Shown piece by piece: positions 10,333 through 18,696 of a stretch of 64,000 nt of DNA. The stretch comes from a virus (lineage: Duplodnaviria; Caudoviricetes). The notes under the pieces were generated by a model. It was not told where the DNA came from and made no database searches. It saw only the letters and a list, made by a program, of their open reading frames with translations. The position numbers were made by a program, and so were the translations under genes. Numbering within the stretch: position 1 is the first letter of the stretch; each line of letters starts with the position of its first letter. The stretch covers positions 5,559 through 69,558 of IMG/VR virus record IMGVR_UViG_3300028886_000087. One strand, given 5' to 3'.

Positions 10333-10469
10333 AGGTTCTCATTTTTATGTATTTATATACACTGCGGCCGGTCGAACGTGTGTTCGACGTGGCCCGGGCG
10401 CGATTGTTAAAAAAATAACTAATGGAAAAAGTGTTGACAGATTTAGAAATTTTTGCTATACTATAATTG

Positions 10470-10694
10470 TCAAGGGGAGAGATGCCCACGGGAAGTGCCG
10501 AGGCAACCCTCCGAAAAAATCTAGGGTTCAGTATTAGGAAACAACTTTAAGAAACACTCCCCTTGATAAAAACATAAAAAAACATAAAAAAGATATTGAC
10601 ACAAACTAAAAAGTGTGCTACAATATAATTGTCAAGAGGAATAGAAAAGAACAAAATAAAAAAAATTAAAAAAGTTCTAAAAAAGTCTTGACAA
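10470..10694 (+). ncRNA. Two promoter-driven small hairpin RNA candidates
   Basis: Closing stems 10470-10479/10557-10566 and 10629-10637/10686-10694; no ORF. Confidence 0.45.
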
Positions 10695-10760
10695 ACCCAA
10701 ACAAATCAGTTATAATAAAGACACAAGTTAAAAAGTTAAAAAAAGAAAGGAAACAAAATT

Positions 10761-11090
10761 ATGACACAGAGAGATTTCTACAACGCAGTTATCAACGCTA
10801 ACATCAACGAGGAAATGACCTCATTCGCAAGCGAAGCAATCGCAAAACTTGATGCTCGCAACGCAAAGAGAGCAAACACCAAGTCAAAGACACAGATTGC
10901 TAACGAGCCAATCATCGAAGCAATTTCGAGAGTTCTCACAGATGAGCCAATGCTCGCATCGAAGATTGCGGAACTCTGCGAGATTTCAACGCAGAAAGCA
11001 TCGGCACTCGTTAAGAAAGTCGAGGGCGTTCAGTCAGTCGATGTAAAGGTTAAGGGAAAGGGAACGCAGAAAGGATACTTTCTCGCCTAA
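10761..11090 (+). CDS. Winged-helix DNA-binding protein, paralog 3 of 4
   Basis: Highly similar to 8770 (AIAKLDARNAKRA, ISTQKASALVKKVEGV, KGKGTQKGYF). Confidence 0.75.
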   Translation: MTQRDFYNAVINANINEEMTSFASEAIAKLDARNAKRANTKSKTQIANEPIIEAISRVLTDEPMLASKIAELCEISTQKASALVKKVEGVQSVDVKVKGKGTQKGYFLA

Positions 11091-11329
11091 CCTTAAAGCG
11101 TATAGTGGGCACGCATAAGTCCCACCCCACTTAAATGGTTTTCATTTCTTTCACCTCCTTTCAAGAAGAAACGCACGCAAAGTGCGTTTTTTCGTTCGTA
11201 GAAAACGAACATATGTTCGCGCCGGCCCGGGCACGACCGGGCGCGATTGTATGGATTTTAATACAAAGAAAAGTGTTGACTTTTCAAAATAATTGCTTTA
11301 TAATTAGAGTATCAAAGGAGGAAATAAAA

Positions 11330-11710
11330 ATGACTGATACTTTCGAATTAGAGAGAGACATCTATTGGTATCTTGTTGCTCGTAAAAAACTGATGCTTGC
11401 TTCAGATATTGCTTATGATAATGATATAACTACACAGAAAGCATCTGTTGTGTTAAAAAAATTAGTTCGTAATGGAGTTATTAAGGAAATACCTTACAAT
11501 TCTAAAAAATGGTATGGTACAGATGAAGCAGGTTTAAACTTTGGTTGTAGTTTATTTTATGACTATAAAAATAATCCAATTAAGGTTGAGACAATCGTAG
11601 AAAACGAAGATAATGTGGTTGAGTTTGAATTTGAAAACTCTAAAAAATCATACAAAGATAAATTTCTATCACTATTATATAATATAGTTTACGATTATTT
11701 TTACAATTGA
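11330..11710 (+). CDS. Winged-helix-containing hypothetical protein
   Basis: MLASDIAYDNDITTQKASVVLKKLVRNG resembles the HTH of 8770/10761. Confidence 0.6.
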   Translation: MTDTFELERDIYWYLVARKKLMLASDIAYDNDITTQKASVVLKKLVRNGVIKEIPYNSKKWYGTDEAGLNFGCSLFYDYKNNPIKVETIVENEDNVVEFEFENSKKSYKDKFLSLLYNIVYDYFYN

Positions 11711-11741
11711 AAAGATTATAAATTAAAAAGGAGAAAATAGA

Positions 11742-11876
11742 ATGGAAGATAAAACTATAAGATGTATACTCAAGTGTAAAATGTCAATTATTGACATTAT
11801 GGAAGAATATGACATCGAAAATGACACAGAAGTATTAATAGAACTTAAAAAATGGATTGAAAAGATTATAAATTAG
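11742..11876 (+). CDS. Hypothetical protein (44 aa)
   Basis: AAGGAG RBS; flanked by 20-bp direct repeat. Confidence 0.55.
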   Translation: MEDKTIRCILKCKMSIIDIMEEYDIENDTEVLIELKKWIEKIIN

Positions 11877-11889
11877 AAAGGGGAATAAA

Positions 11890-12087
11890 ATGGAAGTAAT
11901 AAATATCAGATGTCCCAAGTGTAAGGGCGAATTGATACTTGAAGATGAATATAACGATAGTGATATTTTTAACGATACTTATATAGATATAGGCACTTGC
12001 TATTGTAAACAGTGTGGGTCAGAATATATAATAAATACATATTACAAATTTTCGCACTTTGAACTTGGAGAAGAAATTAAAGAATAA
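11890..12087 (+). CDS. Zinc-ribbon protein
   Basis: CPKC...CKQC. Confidence 0.7.
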   Translation: MEVINIRCPKCKGELILEDEYNDSDIFNDTYIDIGTCYCKQCGSEYIINTYYKFSHFELGEEIKE

Positions 12088-12208
12088 AGCGAACACACGT
12101 TCGCTTTCGCCCGGGCGCCGATTGTTAAAAAAATTAACGACAAACTTTCTACTTGACAAATTTTTAAATTATTGTTATAATTAGGTATCAAAAGAAAGGA
12201 GATTAGAA

Positions 12209-12687
12209 ATGGACAAAACAATAGAAGTAGCAGAAAAAGTAAAAACTTTTTTGATAAATGAAGTAATGAGAAATAATTTTTCTGATGAAGATTATGGAAA
12301 AACTATTATTTATTTACGCAATTGGTTTGAAGCCGAAGCAACCTTTTTGAAGATTAAAGGAGATAGATAAATGAAAACTTATCGTATTACAATGACAACT
12401 GAATATATCATTGAAGCGAATACAGTAGATGAAGCATTGGATATGATTGATTATTCTTACGAAACAGATTCATATTATGATTCTATCGAAGAGTTGTCAG
12501 AAGAGGAGGATTGAAAATGTATCATAAAATTTATGAAAGTGCAATACGTCAAATAGATAATGGTACAATGACAAAAACAGAAGCAATTGAATGGATAAGA
12601 AGTGGTTATCATTCAGAACAGAATAAAAAGAAAGCAATTAGATTGATAGAAATACACTATCTTGGAAAGGAGAAATGCAATGGTTAA
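12209..12687 (+). CDS. Three tiny coupled ORFs (12209-12370, 12371-12514, 12517-12687)
   Basis: Hand translations of 53, 47 and 56 aa, each with AGGAG-type RBS. Confidence 0.6.
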
Positions 12688-12868
12688 ATGTCCAAAGTGT
12701 GGTGTTAAAGGTTGGGAAAATTATTATCCTATTGCTACATTAGATAGAGATTTTACTGATGATATGATGGTAGAAACTAATAAGGTAGAATGCACAGAAT
12801 GTCATCATCATTATATTATCAGAGAATTTTTTAAACTCTCATTCGTAAAATCTTATAATGTCAATTAG
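12680..12868 (+). CDS. Zinc-ribbon protein
   Basis: CPKC...CTEC, resembles 11890. Confidence 0.7.
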   Translation: MVKCPKCGVKGWENYYPIATLDRDFTDDMMVETNKVECTECHHHYIIREFFKLSFVKSYNVN

Positions 12869-13017
12869 CGAACATACGTTCGCTTTTGCCCGGGCCGCCT
12901 TGTGAAAAAATTCACAGGTAAAAAACATAAAAAAACATAAAAAAGGTATTGACTTCCCATAATAAATCGCTTATAATTACATTGTAAGATAAAAGAAAAA
13001 AGAAAGGAAGTAATACA

Positions 13018-13368
13018 ATGAAAGCAATCTATGATATTAAGAATGAAATGAGAATGGTAAAAAGAACTCTTGAAGTTATCGAAACAGAAGTAAACGGAAA
13101 AGATTTCACAGTAAAAGACTTACGCAATAAAAAGGGCGGTTATATGATTAGTGGTGCTTCAATGAAAGCACTTCAGCGTAGAGGACTTATTAAAAAAGTT
13201 GGAGAATGTCCAAGTTCTTTTAAAAAAGAAATTTATGTAGATAGATGCATTGGATATGTTGAGGTTGACATTCCTACTACAGTAAAAGTATATAGACAGA
13301 TACACAATTTTGAATGGTATCAGAATGTAATGCTTAAAACTCTTACTGATGCAGTAATGAATGTATAA
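13018..13368 (+). CDS. Hypothetical, possible winged-helix protein
   Basis: FTVKDL...SMKALQRRGLIKKV; promoter and RBS. Confidence 0.65.
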   Translation: MKAIYDIKNEMRMVKRTLEVIETEVNGKDFTVKDLRNKKGGYMISGASMKALQRRGLIKKVGECPSSFKKEIYVDRCIGYVEVDIPTTVKVYRQIHNFEWYQNVMLKTLTDAVMNV

Positions 13369-13509
13369 GGGTGCGAACGAGTGTTCGCACTCGTTCGCCC
13401 GGGCCGCCTTGTTAAAAAAATAACTTTTAAAAAATTTTAAAAAAGGTATTGACACACCTTTTTTATTTTGCTATAATGTAGATACAATAAAGAAAGGAAA
13501 TAAAACACA

Positions 13510-14151
13510 ATGGAAAAAATACTCATTATAGACACTGAAACGACCAATGATTTGACAGATAGTTTGGTTTATGATTGCGGTTTCATCGTAGCAGATTACA
13601 ATGGAACAATCTATTCTAAACATTCGTTCGTAAACGCAGACGTTTTCTGCGATAAGGAACTTATGGCTTCGGCATACTTCGCAGAGAAAATCCCAACATA
13701 TTGGAAAGAGATTAAAAGTGGTTTGAGAACTCTAACTTCTTTCAGAAACATAATGTGGACACTTCGCCACATAATGAAAGAGAACAACATCACAAAAGTT
13801 TATGCGTATAATTGCAGATTTGATTATTGCGCACTCGCAACAACACAGAGATATTTAACTAAATCGAAGTATCGTTTTTTCTTCCCTTATGCGACTTCGT
13901 TTTGTGATATACTCGCATATTCAAGAGAGGTTTTGAAAACAGATAAAAATTATCGTCAATTCTGCATTGATAATGGTTATCTCACCGCAAGAAATGCAAA
14001 TAGATATACCGCAGAAATAGTCGCTCGTTATTTCTTTGATAATGATTTTGTAGAAGAACACACAGCACTTTTAGATAGTGAAATCGAGTATAAAATCTTA
14101 ATGAAATGTATCGAGTTAGACGGACTTAACTATGATTGTAAAATGTGGTAA
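13510..14151 (+). CDS. DEDDh 3'-5' exonuclease (DnaQ/RNase T-like)
   Basis: ExoI IIDTETT, ExoII AYNCRFD, ExoIII HTALLD. Confidence 0.85.
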   Translation: MEKILIIDTETTNDLTDSLVYDCGFIVADYNGTIYSKHSFVNADVFCDKELMASAYFAEKIPTYWKEIKSGLRTLTSFRNIMWTLRHIMKENNITKVYAYNCRFDYCALATTQRYLTKSKYRFFFPYATSFCDILAYSREVLKTDKNYRQFCIDNGYLTARNANRYTAEIVARYFFDNDFVEEHTALLDSEIEYKILMKCIELDGLNYDCKMW

Positions 14152-14297
14152 CTACCACATTTTATTTTTATGCTCTTTGTTAAAATTTTCACACACCGCG
14201 GCCGGTCACTTGTTAATAAATTAACTTTTTAAAAAGGTGTTGACAAACAGAAATAAAAGAGTATAATTATATTAGATAAAGAAAGGAGATTAAAATA

Positions 14298-14453
14298 ATG
14301 ACAGTTAGAGAACTTATAAATATATTACTTAATTATGAAGTCGATGAAGAAATTGATTTCTTTCTGCTTAAAGAAGATTATACACCACGCATAATAATCA
14401 AAGAGGTTAGCCAAGAATCAGATTTACCATATATCGAATTTAAAGAGGTATAA
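14298..14453 (+). CDS. Small protein, MT(V/I)KELI family
   Basis: Hand translation MTVRELINILLNYEVDEEI... Confidence 0.65.
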   Translation: MTVRELINILLNYEVDEEIDFFLLKEDYTPRIIIKEVSQESDLPYIEFKEV

Positions 14454-14673
14454 TACCTCTTTTTATTTATCTGAAAACGAACAAACGTTCGTATTCGGCG
14501 GCCGGTCACTTGTTAATAAAATAACAACAATCTTTTTCTGCCCGGGCCGCCGCGCAAGTTAGTCAAGACAAACTTTCCCAAATCTTGCACTTTTTAAAAA
14601 ACTTGCAATCTCTGAAAATATCAGTATAATTATAATATAAGATAAAGATTTGAAGTGAAAGGTTAGGTGTCCT

Positions 14674-15036
14674 ATGGCAGTATCAAGAAAAGCAGAACGT
14701 GAACTCATCAGAGCAGATTTTCTCGACAGAGTGTCGAAGTTTCTCTTTGAAGGTGGCGAAGAGGTTCTTCGCGTCAAGTCCAATGAAATCGCAATTCCTT
14801 GCGTAGGTTGCGAAGGCAACGAGGACTTCATCGTTATCAACTTCAAGGTGCCAACTGGCGCGAATAAGGGAACAGAACCATACGATGGTTATGCTCTCGC
14901 AGAGGATTACGTTCACAATCTCGCAGAGAAGGAACGCAAAGCCGAAGAGCGCAAAGCCGAGAAGGCGCGCAAGATTGCACGCGATGCAGAACTCAGACGC
15001 AAGCGCGCAGAGATTGCGGAAAAGGGTGGTAAGTAA
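14674..15036 (+). CDS. Hypothetical protein, paralog of 5768
   Basis: Shared core motifs; higher GC codon usage than its paralog. Confidence 0.85.
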   Translation: MAVSRKAERELIRADFLDRVSKFLFEGGEEVLRVKSNEIAIPCVGCEGNEDFIVINFKVPTGANKGTEPYDGYALAEDYVHNLAEKERKAEERKAEKARKIARDAELRRKRAEIAEKGGK

Positions 15037-15301
15037 ACCACCCTTTTTTATTGGTCAACTATCGAACATATGTTCGGTGGCAGATAAATAGTTATCGTCG
15101 CGCGGATCCGGGCCGATCTGGTCCGGACATTGCCCGGGCTGATTGTCAAATTTTTAACAAAGTCAAATTTTGGGAGCGAGTTTGTTAATAATTTATTAAC
15201 AATTAGAGGTCTCTAACTTAGTTAGTCGTGTCTAACTCGAACATATGTTCCGAACAAATGTTCGTGTGCCGCGGCCACGCGCCGCCGATGTCGGCCGTGG
15301 A

Positions 15302-15502
15302 GGAGCTGCATTAGGGAGCTGTGAAGGAGCTGCAGCTGGCCCGCGCGACGGAGCTGCGCCTGTGCGACGAAAAGGAGCTGCGACTAAGAGCTGCGGGGTG
15401 CCGCCTAAAAATTTGACTTTTAAAATCAAATTTCTTTGGAGCTGTGTCGTCGTCAAAATTTGAAAAATTTTGTCAAATTTTCAGCGCGCATCCCACGAGC
15501 TG
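15302..15502 (+). repeat. (G)GAGCTG iteron-like direct repeats, 8 copies
   Basis: 15302, 15315, 15326, 15350, 15374, 15388, 15438, 15497. Confidence 0.8.
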
Positions 15503-15792
15503 TGACTTCGATGGCGGCTGCGTTCCCACAAATTGAAATTTGAAAAAGTTTCAAAATAGCTTTATAATATATATAGAAAGTGAGAGAGACAATAAAGTAA
15601 AATAAAAGGCTTTCCGCCGAACGTTCTTTCTCACTTTCCCGCAGGATTCAGAAATAAATAATTTGAAAAGTTCTGAAAATTTTGCTATAATATATATAGA
15701 AAGTGAGAGAGAAAAGTAACTTCTCCACCACTATAAAACAACATTCAACGTAACTGGTGCTCACTACCTAGTGTGAGAGAAAGTAGGACAAA

Positions 15793-16146
15793 ATGACAAA
15801 GGTTGAAGCTTACAAGGCAGTTATCGCAGGTGAAGTAACTGAGGAAGTAAAGGAAAAGTTCACAGAAATGCTCGCGGCTCACGAGGCTGAGGGTGAGAAG
15901 AGACGCAACAGAGCAGCTGAGAAGAGAGCTGAGAAGCTGGCTTCGGAGAAGGTGCTTGAGGATGGAGTGCTTGCAGTGCTCGGTGAGGACGCTATGACTG
16001 CTTCCGACATCAGAGACGCTGTCGAGGGCATCGAGACTTCGCAGAAGGCGACTGTAATCGCCAAGAGACTGGTTGCAGCTGGACGCGCTGTTCAGACAGA
16101 GGTCAAGGGCAAGTCTGGAAAGGTCAAGGGCTACATTCTCGTGTAG
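15793..16146 (+). CDS. Winged-helix DNA-binding protein, paralog 4 of 4
   Basis: MTASDIRDAVEGIETSQKATVIAKRLV...KGKSGKVKGYI. Confidence 0.7.
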   Translation: MTKVEAYKAVIAGEVTEEVKEKFTEMLAAHEAEGEKRRNRAAEKRAEKLASEKVLEDGVLAVLGEDAMTASDIRDAVEGIETSQKATVIAKRLVAAGRAVQTEVKGKSGKVKGYILV

Positions 16147-17200
16147 TATACGTAATACTTATACGTAAAAGCACAGGTTTTACACCTGTGCTTTCTCTTT
16201 TGTTCTGTTTTTTTGTGGAAATTTGACAAAAAATTACAAATTTTCGCATTATTTTTTTGTTTTTTGAACACAAAATTTGACTTTTGATGGTGTGTGGGGC
16301 TGCCATTTTTTATAGCTTTTACTACCTATCTCCTGACCCCTACACGACGTTCCCGTAGGCAAGTCACCCTCCCAACAAGTAGACAACCTCTTCGTATACG
16401 TAGCTGCACAATCGCCGCACACTTTTTTACGACTACGGCAACTACTTATACGTATACGTATACGACCTACTTACCTATATACTTATACGTTTATTATTGA
16501 GGTTACCCAACTACGTTTATCGTATCTGCTGCTCCATACGTTTACCGTTATATGTCCTCCTATACCTACCCTCTTACCTCCTATCCGTTTACGTTTATCG
16601 TATACTTGCCGCACTCTACCTCCGGGGTGAGACCCGAGGTACGTTGTTCCGCAGAAGCTGGACCCTTATATACGTATATATATACTTATACGAACTACGT
16701 ATACTAATTGTTGTGGGCCTCCGGGGTGAAACCGGAGGTACGTTGTTTTGTCGCGGCTGGCCGTTGTATATATGTATACTAGCCGTTGCGGTTGTCCGTA
16801 GTAGTTCCGCGGTACGTTCCTGAGCTGCGGGGACTGCGCCCCTTGTCAGGACCGACACGCGGAGCTCACTACATTGGCTTTTTTACGTATAAGTATATGT
16901 ATATATATACGTATACGTAATACGTATACATATATGTATAAGTTTTTCTATTTTGATTATAAGTAGATTTTAGTTTTAATTCCTACTATTTTTTTGAGAC
17001 ACGAATTTTTGGAAAATAAATAGCCTCGCAGATTCCTACAAAATAAATGCTCGTTGAAATTCCTACAAAATTAATTACGACTCTATGTTCCTGTTATACG
17101 TATACTCGCGGCCGTCCCATAGACTGACCGAATGGACGGTTTTCTAGAAAATTTATGACCCGCCGCGAGTATGCGTAGAACTTTCTACAAAATAATTCCC
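16147..17200. other. Non-coding low-complexity region at the transcription convergence point; origin or packaging-site candidate
   Basis: Many TATACG/TACGTA repeats, pyrimidine skew, duplicated CTCCGGGGTGA...GAGGTACGTTGTT at 16620 and 16720, TT(C/T)CTACAAAAT x3. Confidence 0.45.
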
Positions 17201-17220
17201 AATAAAAAAGAAGGGTTAAT

Positions 17221-18339
17221 TCACCCTTCCAATCTTTTCCCGTAAGAACAATAGTCAGTTTCGTTCTTAACCATTCTATGTTCTTCGCAATAAACCAATC
17301 CGACGATGCGCAGCCGGCGCAGCCGTTCACCGCGAGTATGAATACAATCACCACATCGAACCAATTCACACACTCGTTGCTGTTGTAATATACCTATATC
17401 ATCATACCATTCCTTTACTATATATTCTTTCAAGGCAACTTCTCCAATAGTTCAATTTCTTCTAATAGATGTCTTATATACTCATCAATCTTATCATATC
17501 GCACATATCTGCGACAAATTTTACAAGGCTCACATTTGGAATAGCCGTTAAGTCGACAGAGATTTTCTGGAAAATATTCGCCATCGACTTCTACATCTCC
17601 ATCCCAAGCCCAATAACAATCCCATTTTTCCACTATTCTTCACCATTCCAATAATTATCTATTTCAGCTACTTCTTCCGCAGTAGGCGGCCGTCCGTCAG
17701 AATAGCACAAATCAATTAACTTTTCCATTACTGCGATATAGTCGTTATGTTTCTCATAATGTTTTTCCAGCCACTGATAGTGTTCTTCGCACCAGTCTAC
17801 TGCTTCCCAAAATCCTTCCATACGAATTTTTTCTAATTCAGTATGTCCTTTATAATCTGGAAGAGCTCGCGCGCACCATGATTGAGACCTATTAAATTCA
17901 CAATCTTCACAATTATCAACAGGGCAATTCACTTCTTCCATATATTACTCCTACCATATTAAATTACAAATCCATACGCCCAGATTTATACCTATCACCA
18001 TACAAGCACAGGCACCAATTAAACCTAAACCCCATATTATGATTTCTTTAATCCAGCTCATTAATCCCTCCAAATAGCTCTGCCGCAGTGTGGACAAAAC
18101 TTATAATCATGATTTACATCAACCGCGAGTATTGGCTTATCACAGCTTTTACAAAAGAACACATGATACAGAATTTCCTCTGAACCCTCGCGCCGCACCG
18201 GCTGCCAATAAGAAAGTTCGGTATACGGCTCATCCTCATAGGTTGAAATTACCTCATCAAGGTCTGCCCAACTCCAATCTCCATCATGTTCATGTCTCCA
18301 AAAAATAGTATTCAGTTTCTCTTTACAAATTACTTCCAT
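17221..18339 (-). CDS. Block of small hypothetical, mostly Cys-rich proteins (17221-17433, 17430-17633, 17633-17941, 18061-18339)
   Basis: Coupled ORFs with CxxC motifs. Confidence 0.7.
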
Positions 18340-18357
18340 TATAATCTCCTTATATCT

Positions 18358-18681
18358 CTAATCAATAAACTGCACTTCTAAACCTGAAGCCAAACATTCA
18401 TTTACCCTTATGCTAACTGCGCCGGCGCTAAGAATCTGCTCTTTATTTAAGCAAAATTCTACATCGAAGTCTTCGTCTAATGCGCCGCAGTCCTTACAGT
18501 TCCTAAAATTACCATCGTATTGACAGATATGGTAGGCAGAGTTAGTTGAATATCTTGCTTTCCATCTACCATCTATATCTTTCTCATAGGTAAGCTGTAT
18601 ATACTTTCCATGAACCAGAGGCTGGGTCATTATTATTTTCTTGTATTGACTTACATAGTCTTTATTTACTTTGCGCGCCAT
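18358..18681 (-). CDS. Hypothetical protein
   Basis: ORF track; AAGGAG RBS. Confidence 0.75.
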   Translation of the reverse strand: MARKVNKDYVSQYKKIIMTQPLVHGKYIQLTYEKDIDGRWKARYSTNSAYHICQYDGNFRNCKDCGALDEDFDVEFCLNKEQILSAGAVSIRVNECLASGLEVQFID

Positions 18682-18696
18682 TGATACTTCTCCTTA

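Larger units (their letters stand above)
3900..14270 (+). promoter_or_regulatory. About 24 near-consensus sigmaA early promoters with A-tract UP elements
   Basis: TTGACN-N16/17-TA(T/C)(A/T)(A/C)T with -35 at 3908, 4780, 5140, 5708, 6246, 6835, 7520, 7979, 8081, 8243, 8374, 8572, 8691, 9238, 9634, 9835, 10434, 10596, 10688, 11276, 12153, 12949, 13449, 14240. Confidence 0.85.
7931..15160. promoter_or_regulatory. About 12 Rex-type boxes (TTGTKAA-N4-TTMACAA-like)
   Basis: 7931, 9209, 9548 (perfect TTGTTAATAAATTAACAA), 9585, 10404, 12122, 12900, 13409, 14177, 14210, 14510, 15143. Confidence 0.6.
5410..15264. promoter_or_regulatory. 14 Firmicutes LexA/DinR (SOS, Cheo)-type boxes
   Basis: CGAAC-RNRY-GTTC at 5410, 5448, 6156, 7859 (1 mismatch), 9168, 10373, 11206, 12090, 12869, 13374, 14478, 15063, 15238, 15251. 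Confidence 0.8.

Noticed and set aside
5400-15270. Repeated intergenic motif as a CRISPR array
   Set aside because: Repeats are short operators with irregular 300-1700 bp spacing separated by genes; no constant repeat-spacer period and no cas genes.
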